Origin: Ranitomeya imitator
Lineage: Eukaryota
Direction of reading: 5' to 3'
NCBI RefSeq assembly: GCF_032444005.1
Contig: NC_091282.1
Span: 36,518,001 to 36,582,000, forward strand
DNA length: 64,000 nt
Shown: piece after piece, positions 36,110-48,622 of the stretch
Layout: each line of letters begins with the position of its first letter
Position numbering within the stretch: position 1 is the first letter of the stretch
Notes under the pieces: model-generated
The model's database searches: none
What the model saw: the letters and a program-made list of their open reading frames with translations, nothing else
What the model was told of the DNA's origin: nothing
Program-made: the position numbers and the translations under genes

Positions 36110-37575
36110 AAGCTCAGGAAAGGCAACCTGGGGAACACCTTGGAGTGTAACACACCATCTCTCTCCACCCCATACCCATTTTGTAGGCCTAATGCTGTGT
36201 ACTTTTCTACAACTACTAAACGAGAGTCGGAAGACCGAAGCAATGGCAAGGAAACCTGGGGAACACCTTGGAGTGTAACACACCATCTCTCTCCACCCCA
36301 TACCCAATTTGTAGGCCTAATGCAGCCTACTTTCCGACACCTACTAAACGAGAACATGAAGATCGAAGCTCAGGACAGGCAACCTGGGGAACACCTTGGA
36401 GTGTAACACACCATCTCTCTCCACCCCATACCCATTTTTTAGGCCTAATGCAGTGTACTTTTCTACAACTACTAAACGAGAGTCGGAAGACCGAAGCAAT
36501 GGCAAGGAAACCTGGGGAACACCTTGGAGTGTAACACACCATCTCTCTCCACCCCATTCCCCATTTTTTAGGCCTAATGCAGCCTACTTTCCGACACCTA
36601 CTAAACGAGAGCATGAAGATCGAAGCTCAGGAAAGGCAACCTGGGGAACACCTTGGAGTGTAACACACCATCTCTCTCCACCCCATACCCATTTTGTAGG
36701 CCTAATGCTGTGTACTTTTCTACAACTACTAAACAAGAGTCGGAAGACCGAAGCAATGGCAAGGAAACCTGGGGAACACCTTGGAGTGTAACACACCATC
36801 TCTCTCCACCCCATACCCAATTTGTAGGCCTAATGCAGCCTACTTTCCGACACCTACTAAACGAGAGCATGAAGATCGAAGCTCAGGAAAGGCAACCTGG
36901 GGAACACCTTGGAGTGTAACACACCATCTCTCTCCACCCCATACCCAATTTGTAGGCCTAATGCAGCCTACTTTCCGACACCTACTAAACGAGAGCATGA
37001 AGATCGAAGCTCAGGAAAGGCAACCTGGGGAACACCTTGGAGTGTAACACACCATCTCTCTCCACCCCATACCCATTTTGTAGGCCTAATGCTGTGTACT
37101 TTTCTACAACTACTAAACGAGAGTCGGAAGACCGAAGCAATGGCAAGGAAACCTGGGGAACACCTTGGAGTGTAACACACCATCTCTCTCCACCCCATAC
37201 CCAATTTGTAGGCCTAATGCAGCCTACTTTCCGACACCTACTAAACGAGAGCATGAAGATCGAAGCTCAGGAAAGGCAACCTGGGGAACACCTTGGAGTG
37301 TAACACACCATCTCTCTCCACCCCATACCCATTTTGTAGGCCTAATGCAGCGTACTTTTCTACAACTACTAAACGAGAGCATGAAGATCGAAGCTCAGGA
37401 AAGGCAACCTGGTGAAAACCTTGGAGTGTAACACAACCTGTCTCTACACCCCATACCAAATTTGTAGGCCTAATGCAGCGTAGTTTCCACCAACTACTAA
37501 ACGAGAGCCGGAAGATCGAAGCTCATGAAAGGCAACCCGGGGAACACCTTGGAGTGTAACACAACCTCTCTCTAC
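36110..37575. repeat. 128-bp tandem array (~11 units) with two alternating variants, inside hAT
   Basis: GGGAACACCTTGGAGTGTAACACACC recurs every 128 bp from about 36130 to about 37540. Confidence 0.95.
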
Positions 37576-38039
37576 ACCACGAAAGGGCTGATTCTTAGGA
37601 AGGAAGGCTGTTGTAAATAAGCATTGCGCGTCCGAGGGTGATTATATTCTTATTCGGTATCTACTCACCCTCGGACGCGCCATGCTTCTTGATTTGTAAT
37701 TAATGTTTATTTGCAATGTGCTTTTGACTTACTCAATTATTTTTTTAATTATTGATTTTATTAAATTAATAGTTTAACATCTTATTGGAAATAATTTAAA
37801 GGAGACGCGACAGGACAACACTCGGTGGATGCCATATCTGTGTTAACAACTCCAAAAAACTTTCAGTTAACTTCTTGCAGGAGAAAGAAATTGTAGCTGT
37901 TGGACCTTTGTAGTACAGTTCCAGATATTTGTTGTGTGTTTGTTTTGATTGTTAAAATGTCTGCATTTGAGATCTCAACACGATCTTATTTTTTATAATC
38001 AAATTAATTTTTTTTATATTTAATGATGTTGGTTCAAGG

Positions 38040-39840
38040 GGTACACGGGCAGCAATAGACAGGTCAGTGGAGGCCTAGTGGAAGGAGTGACGGCAGACAG
38101 GCATCAAAGGCCTAACATTGGGCTGGCTGTAGGCAAGTTAAAATTGGTTCCAGGGGAACACGGCCATCAGTGGCCTGGTCAGTGTAGTTGTAGTTGAAAG
38201 AACGGGACGCAGACAGGCTTCCAAGGCCTAACATAATAACATAGGGCTGGCTGTAGGCAAGTTAAAATTGGTTCCAGGGGAACACGGCCATCAGTGGCCT
38301 GGTCAGTGTAGTTGTAGTTGAAAGAACGGGACGCAGACAGGCTTCGAAGGCCTAACATAACAAACTTGGGCTGGCTGTAGGCACTTTTAAATTTGTTCCA
38401 GGGGTACATGGGCAGCAGTGTATGGTCAGTGGAAGTCTAGTGGAAGGAGTGACCGCAGACAGGCTTCCAAGGCCTAACATAACAAACTTGGGCTGGCTGT
38501 AGGCACTTTTAAATTGGTTCCAGGGGTACACGGGCAGCAGTGGTCTGGTCAGTGGAAGTCTAGTGGAAGGAGTGACCGCAGACAGGCTTCCAAGGCCTAA
38601 CATAACAAACTTGGGCTGGCTGTAGGCACTTTTAAATTGGTTCCAGGGGTACACGGGCAGCAGTGGTCTGGTCTGTGGAAGTCTAGTGGAAGGAGTGACC
38701 GCAGACAGGCTTCGAAGGCCTAACATAACAAACTTGGGCTGGCTGTAGGCACTTTTAAATTGGTTCCAGGGGTACACGGGCAGCAGTGGTCTGGTCAGTG
38801 GAAGTCTAGTGGAAGGAGTGACCGCAGACAGGCTTCCAAGGCCTAACATAACAAACTTGGGCTGGCTGTAGGCACTTTTAAATTGGTTCCAGGGGTACAC
38901 GGGCAGCAGTGGTCTGGTCAGTGGAAGTCTAGTGGAAGGAGTGACCGCAGACAGGCTTCCAAGGCCTAACATAACAAACTTGGGCTGGCTGTAGGCACTT
39001 TTAAATTGGTTCCAGGGGTACACGGGCAGCAGTGGTCTGGTCAGTGGAAGTCTAGTGGAAGGAGTGACCGCAGACAGGCTTCCAAGGCCTAACATAACAA
39101 ACTTGGGCTGGCTGTAGGCACTTTTAAATTGGTTCCAGGGGTACACGGGCAGCAGTGGTCTGGTTAGTGGAAGTCTAGTGGAAGGAGTGACCGCAGACAG
39201 GCTTCCAAGGCCTAACATAACAAACTTGGGCTGGCTGTAGGCACTTTTAAATTGGTTCCAGGGGTACACGGGCAGCAGTGGTCTGGTCTGTGGAAGTCTA
39301 GTGGAAGGAGTGACCGCAGACAGGCTTCGAAGGCCTAACATAACAAACTTGGGCTGGCTGTAGGCACTTTTAAATTGGTTCCAGGGGTACACGGGCAGCA
39401 GTGGTCTGGTCAGTGGAAGTCTAGTGGAAGGAGTGACCGCAGACAGGCTTCGAAGGCCTAACATAACAAACTTGGGCTGGCTGTAGGCACTTTTAAATTG
39501 GTTGCAGGGGTACACGGGCAGCAGTGGTCTGGTCAGTGGAAGTCTAGTGGAAGGAGTGACCGCAGACAGGCTTCGAAGGCCTAACATAACAAAATTGGGC
39601 TGGCTGTAGGCACTTTAAATTGGTTCCAGGGGTACATGGGCAGCAGTGTATGGTCAGTGGAAGTCTAGTGGAAGGAGTGACGGCAGACAGTCTTCGAAGG
39701 CCTAACATAACAAAATTGGGCTGACTGTAGGCACTTTTAAATTGGTTCCAGGGTAACACGGCCAGCAGTGGCCTGGTCAGTGTAGTAGTTGTAGAAAGAA
39801 GGGACCGCAGACAGGCTTCGAAGGCCTAACATAACAAAAA
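38040..39840. repeat. 123-bp tandem array (~14 units) inside hAT
   Basis: GGCCTAACATAACAAACTTGGGCTGGCTGTAGGC recurs every 123 bp; central copies near-identical, edge copies diverged. Confidence 0.95.
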
Positions 39841-40298
39841 TGTCAAAACAATGGTATTGTCAGTGCCAGGCATTGAAGGATGTCAGCGCCTAGACTACAC
39901 ATTGGTGAAGCTGTGAGAGATAATTTTGCTAGTGGTAGAGCACTGTTTGAGCTGGGGGGGGGAACTGTCTTGTGGCCGGCGGTACAGGCACAGGGCCCCT
40001 CATATTACAACGGTGTGTCTGACGTTGGGTGCGCACCACCACCGCCAGGGACACTTTATTGTACTATGAGGGACCCAGTGGCAGTGCCGTCGACCAAAAG
40101 CGGCCACACCCACCTCTTCAGACAAACAGCACTCTCAAGGGTCCAAGCGCAAAGTGGCGATAGCACGGCCCCGTGTGGGGAGTTTGGCCATTTCGTGAGG
40201 TGCAAACATGTCGTATGCTGGACAATCAGGTGAAGAAAATTACGAGATTGGAAAAGTCATTCAGAATAGTCCACAGGCAAGACCTTTTCATAGGAAAG

Positions 40299-43200
40299 CT
40301 AGGTGTCAGCCGGGCAGGGTGGGGCAAAAGAGTTTGAAATCCAGTTGTGGTTCATTTTAATGAAGGTTAGATCATCTACATTTTGGGTAGCCAGACGAGT
40401 CCTTTTTTCTGTTAGTATTGAACCTGCAGCACTGAATACTCTTTCTGATAGGACACTAGCTGCCGGGCAAGCAAGCTCCTGCAATGCATATTCTGCCAAT
40501 TCTGGCCAGGTGTCTAATTTGGATGCCCAGTAATCAAATGGGAATGACGGTTGAGGGAGAACGTCGATAAGGGATGAAAAATAGTTTGTAACCATACTGG
40601 ACAAATGTTGTCTCCTGTCACCTTGAATTGATGCTGCAGTACCTGTCCTGTTTGCGGTCATAGAAAAATCACTCCACAACCTGGTCAGAAAACCCCTCTG
40701 GCCAACGCCACTTCTGATTTCTGCCCCTCTAACACCTCTGGTCTGCTGGCCCCTGGAGCTCGTGTGAGAACGATCACGGGCGCTGTGTGCAGGGAATGCC
40801 AGAAGCAAACGGTCAACAAGAGTTGATTGTTTTGTTGCTAATATTAGTTCCAAGTTCTCATGTGGCATAATATTTTGCAATTTGCCTTTATAGCGAGGAT
40901 CAAGGAGGCAGGCCAACCAGTAATCGTCATCGTTCATCATTTTTGTAATGCGTGTGTCCCTTTTGAGGATACGCAAGGCATAATCCGCCATGTGGGCCAA
41001 AGTTCCCGTTGTCAAATCTGCGGTTGTGCTTGGTTGAGGGGCAGTTGCAGGCAAATCTACGTCACTTGTGTCCCTCAAAAAACCAGAACCCGGCCTTGCC
41101 ACGCCACCAATTTCCCGTGCCCCCGGGAAAGCTTCCTCATTAAAAATATACTCATCCCCATCATCCTCCTCATCCTCCACCTCCTCTTCGCCCGGTACCT
41201 CGTCATGTACACTGCCCTGACCAGACAATCGCTGACTGTCATCAAGGCTTTCCTCTTCCTCTGGTGCAGACGCCTGATCCTTTATGTGCGTCAAACTTTG
41301 CATCAGCAGACGCATTAGGGGGATGCTCATGCTTATTATGGCGTTGTCTGCACTAACCAGCCGTGTGCATTCCTCAAAACACTGAAGGACTTGACACATG
41401 TCTTGAATCTTCGACCACTGCACACCTGACAACTCCATGTCTGCCATCCTACTGCCTGCCCGTGTATGTGTATCCTCCCACAAAAACATAACAGCCCGCC
41501 TCTGTTCGCACAGTCTCTGAAGCATGTGCAGTGTTGAGTTCCACCTTGTTGCAACGTCTATGATTAGGCGATGCTGGGGAAGGTTCAAAGAACGCTGATA
41601 GGTCTGCATACGGCTGGAGTGTACAGGCGAACGGCGGATATGTGCGCAAAGTCCACGCACTTTGAGGAGCAGGTCGGATAACCCCGGATAACTTTTCAGG
41701 AAGCACTGCACCACCAGGTTTAAGGTGTGAGCCAGGCAAGGAATGTGTTTCAGTTGGGAAAGGGAGATGGCGGCCATGAAATTCCTTCCGTTATCACTCA
41801 CTACCTTGCCTGCCTCAAGATCTACAGTGCCCAGCCACGACTGCGTTTCTTGCTGCAAGAACTCGGACAGAACTTCCGCGGTGTGTCTATTGTCGCCCAA
41901 ACACTTCATAGCCAATACAGCCTGCTGACGTTTGCCAGTAGCTGCCCCATAATGGGAGACCTGGTGTGCAACAGTGGCAGGTGCGGATGGAGTGTTTGTG
42001 CGACTGCGGTCTGTGGACGAGCTCTTGCTTCTGCAGGAGGACGAGGAGGAGGAGGAGGAGGAGGGGGTGCGAACGGCTACAGACAACTGTTTACTAGACC
42101 GTGGGCTAGGCAGAACTGTCCCAAACTTGCTGTCCCCTGTGGACCCTGAATCCACCACATTTACCCAGTGTGCCGTGATGGACACGTAACGTCCCTGGCC
42201 ATGCCTACTGGTCCATGCATCTGTTGTCAGGTGCACCTTTGTGCTCACAGATTGCCTGAGTGCATGGACGATGCGCTCTTTAACATGCTGGTGGAGGGCT
42301 GGGATGGCTTTTCTGGAAAAAAAGTGTCGACTGGGTAGCTCGTAGCGTGGTACAGCGTAGTCCATCAGGTCTTTGAAAGCTTCGCTTTCAACTAACCGGT
42401 AGGGCATCATCTCTAACGAGATTAGTCTAGCTATGTGGGCGTTCAAACCCTGTGTACGCGGATGCGAGGCTAAGTATTTCCTTTTTCTAACCATAGTCTC
42501 ATGTAGGGTGAGCTGGACTGGAGAGCTGGAGATCGTGGAACTAGCGGGGGTGCCGGTGGACATGGCAGACTGAGAGACGGTGGGAGATGGTATTGTTGCC
42601 GCCGGTGCCCTAGATGCAGTGTTTCCTACTACGAAACTGGTGATTCCCTGACCCTGACTGCTTTGGCCTGGCAAAGATACCTGCACAGATACAGCAGGTG
42701 GTGCGCTAAATGGTGGTCCTACACTGCCGGAAGGGATGTTGCGTTGATGACTAGCTTCATTGGCCGAGGGTGCAACAACCTTAAGGGACGTTTGGTAGTT
42801 AGTCCAAGCTTTCAAATGCATGGTGGTTAAATGTCTATGCATGCAACTAGTATTGAGACTTTTCAGATTCTGACCTCTGCTTAAGGAAGTAGAACATTTT
42901 TGACAGATGACTTTGCGCTGATCAATTGGATGTTGTTTAAAAAAATGCCAGACTGCACTCTTTCTAGCATCGGATACCTTTTCAGGCATTGCAGACTGAG
43001 CTTTAACCGGATGGCCACGCTGTCCTCCACCAGGTTTTGGCTTTGCCACGCGTTTTGGGCAAGATACGGGCCCGGCAGATGGAATCTGTGGCGATGTTGA
43101 TGCCTGCTGCGGCCCCTCCTCCTCCTCTGCTTCAGAACTGCTGCCGCCTGCACCCTGTTCCCCCAATGGCTGCCAATCGGGGTCAAGAACTGGGTCATCT

Positions 43201-43877
43201 AATAACTCTTCTTGTACCTCCTGCGCAACTTCGTCTGTGTCACCGTGTCGTTCGGTGGTATAGCGTTCGTGATGGGGCAACATAGTCTCATCAGGGTCTG
43301 ATTCTTGATCAGCACCCTGCGAGGGCAATGTTGTGGTCTGAGTCAAAGGACCAGCATAGTAGTCTGGCTGTGGCTGTGCGTCAGTGCACTCCATGTCAGA
43401 TTCAACTTGTAATGGGCATGGACTGTTAACTGCTTCACTTTCTAAGCCAGGGACGGTATGTGTAAAGAGCTCCATGGAGTAACCCGTTGTGTCGCCTGCT
43501 GCATTCTTCTCTGTTGTTGTTTTTGCTGAAGAGGACAAGGAAGTGACTTGTCCCTGACCGTGAACATCCACTAACGACGCGCTGCTTTTACTTTTACCAG
43601 TTTCACGAGAGGAGGCAAAAGAGCTAGAGGCTGAGTCAGCAAGATAAGCAAAAACTTGCTCTTGCTGCTCCGGCTTTAAAAGTGGTTTTCCTAATCCCAG
43701 AAAAGGGAGCGTTCGAGGCCTTGTGTAGCCGGACGACGAACCTGGCTCCACAGCTCCAGACTTAGGTGCAATATTTTTTTCCCCACGACCACCTGATGCT
43801 CCACCACTACCACTACCCTCATTACCAGCTGACAATGAACGCCCCCGGCCACGACCTCTTCCACTAGACTTCCTCAT
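40299..43877 (-). CDS. hAT transposase with BED zinc finger (ZBED-like), 1192 aa, intact
   Basis: BED finger VWHFF...CQKC...MHRHLTTMH; catalytic LTTDAW, VSDNG and SERVFS; CLAH (CxxH); TRWNS; C-terminal hAT dimerisation domain (LACPAASVLSERVFSAAG..RTRL). Confidence 0.95.
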   Translation of the reverse strand: MRKSSGRGRGRGRSLSAGNEGSGSGGASGGRGEKNIAPKSGAVEPGSSSGYTRPRTLPFLGLGKPLLKPEQQEQVFAYLADSASSSFASSRETGKSKSSASLVDVHGQGQVTSLSSSAKTTTEKNAAGDTTGYSMELFTHTVPGLESEAVNSPCPLQVESDMECTDAQPQPDYYAGPLTQTTTLPSQGADQESDPDETMLPHHERYTTERHGDTDEVAQEVQEELLDDPVLDPDWQPLGEQGAGGSSSEAEEEEGPQQASTSPQIPSAGPVSCPKRVAKPKPGGGQRGHPVKAQSAMPEKVSDARKSAVWHFFKQHPIDQRKVICQKCSTSLSRGQNLKSLNTSCMHRHLTTMHLKAWTNYQTSLKVVAPSANEASHQRNIPSGSVGPPFSAPPAVSVQVSLPGQSSQGQGITSFVVGNTASRAPAATIPSPTVSQSAMSTGTPASSTISSSPVQLTLHETMVRKRKYLASHPRTQGLNAHIARLISLEMMPYRLVESEAFKDLMDYAVPRYELPSRHFFSRKAIPALHQHVKERIVHALRQSVSTKVHLTTDAWTSRHGQGRYVSITAHWVNVVDSGSTGDSKFGTVLPSPRSSKQLSVAVRTPSSSSSSSSSCRSKSSSTDRSRTNTPSAPATVAHQVSHYGAATGKRQQAVLAMKCLGDNRHTAEVLSEFLQQETQSWLGTVDLEAGKVVSDNGRNFMAAISLSQLKHIPCLAHTLNLVVQCFLKSYPGLSDLLLKVRGLCAHIRRSPVHSSRMQTYQRSLNLPQHRLIIDVATRWNSTLHMLQRLCEQRRAVMFLWEDTHTRAGSRMADMELSGVQWSKIQDMCQVLQCFEECTRLVSADNAIISMSIPLMRLLMQSLTHIKDQASAPEEEESLDDSQRLSGQGSVHDEVPGEEEVEDEEDDGDEYIFNEEAFPGAREIGGVARPGSGFLRDTSDVDLPATAPQPSTTADLTTGTLAHMADYALRILKRDTRITKMMNDDDYWLACLLDPRYKGKLQNIMPHENLELILATKQSTLVDRLLLAFPAHSARDRSHTSSRGQQTRGVRGAEIRSGVGQRGFLTRLWSDFSMTANRTGTAASIQGDRRQHLSSMVTNYFSSLIDVLPQPSFPFDYWASKLDTWPELAEYALQELACPAASVLSERVFSAAGSILTEKRTRLATQNVDDLTFIKMNHNWISNSFAPPCPADT

Positions 43878-44149
43878 TGTTTTAAAAACGTAACCAAACT
43901 AACGTTATTTGTTGCTGTCACACAACTTACACGGTGAGCTATAACTTCAGTATGATTTAGCTACCCCTTTACAGGTTGGTGAGACCACAGCGAAAATCAG
44001 GCCCAATGTTACACACTCTGTTTTTGGTGGCTGCAAATTAGAGAGATGCCCCACACGCAGGACTGTCACTGAAGCACAAATGTTAATATTAATGTCACAC
44101 TATTATTTTTTTTTTATTTTTATTTTTTTCAGGAACACTTTAGAAACCC

Positions 44150-44380
44150 CCAAAAAAAAAAAAAAAAAGATTTTTGCAGGGAGAATTTAGAAAACAAATG
44201 TAACAAACTATATGCTTTCTATGGGCCACTGAGTGAGAGATGACGCACACAGGAATCAGGAGTGGCACACAAGCCCAGAGGCCAATATTTTTCTACCAAT
44301 GATTGATGGAGTTATTTTCTCTGGTAGATTTTGGAACCCAAATCAAGGAAAAAAAATATAGGCTTTCTATGGACCACAAT

Positions 44381-44435
<55 letters not shown>

Positions 44436-44824
44436 CACCCAGGAGTCAAGACTGGCACACAAGCAGAAAGGCCAATATTAATCTCCCTTTTTTTTTTTGG
44501 GTTTGTTTTTTTTTTTTTGTTTTTTTTTTTTTTCAGGGAGACTTTAGAAAAAAAAATAATAAAAAAAATATGATTTTATCAGGAAGAATTTAGAAACCAA
44601 ATAAAATAAAATTATTTTTTCAGGGAGAATTTATAAAACAAATAAAAACAAAAATAGGCGTTCTATGGCCCACTGACTGAGAGATGACGCACACAGGAGT
44701 CAGGAGTGGCACACAAGCCCAGAGGCCAATATTTTTCTACCAATGATTGATGTAGTTATTTTCTCTGGTAGATTTTGGAACCCAAATCAAGGAAAAAAAA
44801 TATAGGCTTTCTATGGACCACAAT

Positions 44825-44865
<41 letters not shown>

Positions 44866-46260
44866 CACCCAGGAGTCAAGACTGGCACACAAGCAGAAAG
44901 GCCAATATTAATCTCCCACTGTTTTTTGTTTGTTTTTTTTTTTTTTTCAGGGAGACTTTAGAAAAAAAAATAATAAAAAAAATATGATTTTATCAGGAAG
45001 AATTTAGAAACCAAATAAAATAAAATGATTTTTTCAGGGAGAATTTATAAAACTAATAAAACAAAAAATAGGCGTTCTATGGCCCACTGAGTGAGAGATG
45101 ACGCACACAGGAGTCAAGACTGGCACACAAGCAGAAAGGCCAATATTAATCCCCCACTGTTTTTTTTGTTTGTTTTTTTTTTTGTTTTGTTTTTTTCAGG
45201 GAGACTTTAGAAAAAAAAATAATAAAAAAAATATGATTTTATCAGGAAGAATTTAGAAACCAAATAAAATAAAATGATTTTTTCAGGGAGAATTTAGAAA
45301 ACAAATAAAACCAAAAATAGGCGTTCTATGGCCCACTGACTGAGAGAGAGAGAGAGATGGCACGCTTAGTACTGGCACACAAGCCCAAAGGGCAATATTA
45401 ATCTCCCTTTTTTTTTCAGGGAGAATTTCTAAAACCCAAAAAAAAAAAAAAATAGGCTTTCTATGGCCCACTATTTGTGAGAGAGATGGGACGCTCAGGA
45501 CTGGCACAGATGGCACGCTCAGGACTGGCACAGAAGCCCAGAGGCCAATATTAATCTCCCTTTTTTTCTGGGAGAATTTATAAAACCAAAAAAATATTTA
45601 AATAGGCTTTCTATGGCCCACTATTTGTGAGAGAGATGGCACGCTCAGGGCTGGCACAGATGGCACGCTCACAACTGGCACACAAGCCCAGAGGCCAATA
45701 TTAATCTCCCTTTTTTCAGGGAAAATTTATAAAACCAAAAAAAAAATTAAATAGGCTTTCTATGGCCCACTATTTGTGAGAGAGATGGCACGCTCAGGAC
45801 TGGCACAGATGGCACGCTCACAACTGGCACACAAGCCCAGAGGCCAATATTAATCTCCCTTTTTTTCAGGGAGAATTTATAAAACCAAAAAAAAAATTAA
45901 ATAGGCTTTCTATGGCCCACTATTTGTGAGAGAGATGGCACGCTCAGGGCTGGCACAGATGGCACGCTCAGGACTGGCACACAAGCCCAGAGGCCAATAT
46001 TAATCTCCCTTTTTTTCAGGGAGAATTTATAAAACCCCAAAAAAAATAAAATAGGCTTTCTATGGCCCACTATTTGTGAGAGAGATGGCACACTCAGGAC
46101 TGGCACACAAGCCCAAAGGCCAATATTAATCTCCCACTGTATTTTTATCAGGGAGAATTTATACACCCCACAAAAAAAAATACAGAAAAATGAAAAGGCT
46201 TTCTATGGCCCACTATGTGAGAGAGATGGCACACACAGGGATGGCACTCTAGCAGAAATG
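44150..46260. repeat. Modular repeat region upstream of the hAT ORF: two ~440-bp units with (GA)n, then ~149-bp units
   Basis: ATAGGC(T/G)TTCTATGG(C/A)CCAC and GGCCAATATTAATCTCCC recur; (GA)n runs near 44385-44430 and 44828-44860; 149-bp period from about 45450 to about 46200. Confidence 0.85.
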
Positions 46261-48151
46261 CCAAATTGCCAATCTTAATCTCCCACCAAAAAAAAAAAAA
46301 AAAAAAAAACAGGGAATGTCCTACAATTACTATCTCCCTGCCTGCAGTAATCTCAGCCAGGTATGGCAGGCAGCTACTATCTCCCTGCCTGCAGTAATCT
46401 CAGCCAGGTATGGCAGGCAGCAATAAGGAGTGGACTGATGCACAAATCAAATAAAAAGTGTGGACAAACAAAAAAGATAGCTGTGCAGAAAGGAAGGAAC
46501 AAGAGGATTTGTGCTTTGAAAAAAGCAGTTGGTTTGCACAGCGGCGTACACACAGCAATGCAGCTATCAGGGAGCCTTCTAGGGCAGCCCAATGAGCTAC
46601 AGCGCTGAGGGGAAAAAAAAAAAAATAACTTCCACTGTCCCTGCACACCGAGGGTGGTGTTGGACAGTGCAAATCGCTGCAGCACAAGCGGTTTTGTGGT
46701 TAATGGACCCTGCCTAACGCTATCCCTGCTTCTGACAAAGCGGCAGCAACCTCTCCCTAAGCTCAGATCAGCAGCAGTAAGATGGCGGTCGGCGGGAACG
46801 CCTCTTTATAGCCCCTGTGACGTCGCAGACAGCAAGCCAATCACTGCAATGCCCTTCTCTAAGATGGTGGGGACCAGGACCTATGTCATCACGCTGCCCA
46901 CACTCTGCGTTTACCTTCATTGGCTGAGAAATGGCGCTTTTCGCGTCATTGAAACGCGACTTTGGCGCGAAAGTCGCGTACCGCATGGCCGACCCCGCAC
47001 AGGGGTCGGATCGGGTTTCATGAAACCCCGACTTAGCCAAAAGTCGGCGACTTTTGAAAATGTTCGACCCGTTTCGCTCAACCCTAGTGATGACCACTAT
47101 TGAACCTATTGGCCACCATTTCAGTTCCACTAATGGTTATCACCCATATTTCCTAAGAACTGTAGGAAACTCAAAAATTAAGTTTATGTTGTGGACTCAC
47201 GTGGTGAGGTGAACAATGTAAGTCGCTGGTCAGGATGAACAAGGCAATGGCAAAGTGGGCAAGACTTTCCAGATATACCAGGACAGCAAAGTATCTTGGA
47301 CAGCAGGCTGGCAGCGGTGCAGGAACTGAATATATATAGTTGGGCCAGGGCTTGTAGTGTGAACAACTCTAGGGAAGAGTTTGTTATGCTTACAGCAGAT
47401 TGAGATAATCAGTAAACAAATGGATAGCCAATAACAGCAGCGATAAATAGGAACACTAGATTGTTGAAAAGATACACTCTGTTGCAGAAGTGTTTGTAGA
47501 CCAGATAACAGTTTGTTATGCTTACAGCAGATGAAGGGGTAATTGCAGGTCAGAGCCAAGAAGTGAATGCAGATTGTTGAAATGAACAGGACTTTGTTGA
47601 GATGATTGCAGCTGAAATAACTGGGGTGACAAACTCCAAGGCGCAAAGTAACTGAACATAAAACCTCAATACTCAGATAAACATGGATCACAAAGTCGGA
47701 CGAAAACGTCCTTGGTTGATGTCACTTAAGTTCACTGGGTAATTTGTAAAAACCAACGTGCAGCACAGTAAAGGGTAGTGGCCATAAAGGAAGGGAGCAG
47801 GACCAGGACCCATATCTGATACAGGCTAATAACAGTTGATTTGAGGAAATCAACTGTCACATCGCCTGTATCGTACGGGAGCATACAGTACAGATCAAAA
47901 GTTTGGACACCTTCTCATTTAAAGATTTTTCTGTATTTTCATGACTATGAAAATTGTAAATTCACACTGAAGGCATCAAAACTATGAATTAACATATGTG
48001 GAATTACTGTATATACTTAACAAAAAACGTGTGAATAAAACTGAAAATATGTCTTATATTCTAGGTTCTTCAAAGTAGCCACCTTTTGCTTTGATGACTG
48101 CTTTGTACACTCTTGGTATTCTCTTGATGAGCTTCAAGAAATAGTCACCGG

Positions 48152-48622
48152 TAGGGTTGAGCGAAACGGGTCGTTCACTTTCATAAGTCGCCGACTTTTG
48201 GCAAAGTCGGGTTTCATGAAACCCGACCCGATCCCTGTGTGGGGTCGGCCATGCGGTCGGCGATCTTGGCGCCAAAGTCGCGTTTCGTATGACGTGTTTA
48301 GCGCCATTTTTTCAGCCAATGAAGGAGCGTGGGCAAAGTGATGACATAGGTGTCAGGGGCGTGCACATCTATCGGCATTTTTTTTGCTTGCGCGCTGTAG
48401 CGATTTGCAATGTGTAAACCCAGCTTTTCTGTGTAGGGACGGACGGGGGAGAGAGAGAGAGAAGAAAAAAAAAAACCACTGACTTTGCATTGGGTTTCGT
48501 GTTTCGGTCGATCCCCGACTTTTTGCGATAATCGGCCGATTCCACTCGACTCGACTTTTGAGATAGTCGGGTTTCGCAAATCCCGACTCGACCCTAAAAA
48601 AGAAAAAGGTCGCTCAACCCTA
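48152..48622 (+). mobile_element. Non-autonomous hAT MITE related to the 12-kb element
   Basis: Perfect TIR TAGGGTTGAGCGA; 8-bp TSD GTCACCGG at 48144-48151 and 48623-48630; its two halves align to the two ends of 34902-47086 in opposite orientation. Confidence 0.92.

Larger units (their letters stand above)
34902..47086 (-). mobile_element. Full-length hAT (Ac-family) transposon, 12185 bp
   Basis: TIRs TAGAGTTGAGCGA and TCGCTCAACCCTA; 8-bp TSD GTGATGAC at 34894-34901 and 47087-47094; CCCGAC/GTCGGG subterminal motif clusters at both ends; intact transposase. Confidence 0.95.

Noticed and set aside
38352-39587. 411-aa ORF downstream of the hAT transposase on the same strand
   Set aside because: It is ten copies of a 123-bp (41-codon) unit that happens to lack a stop in one frame; edge units break the frame and no domain is recognisable.
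40299-43877. Domesticated host ZBED gene
   Set aside because: The ORF sits within TIRs and an exact 8-bp TSD, with a cognate MITE nearby, which points to a mobile copy.
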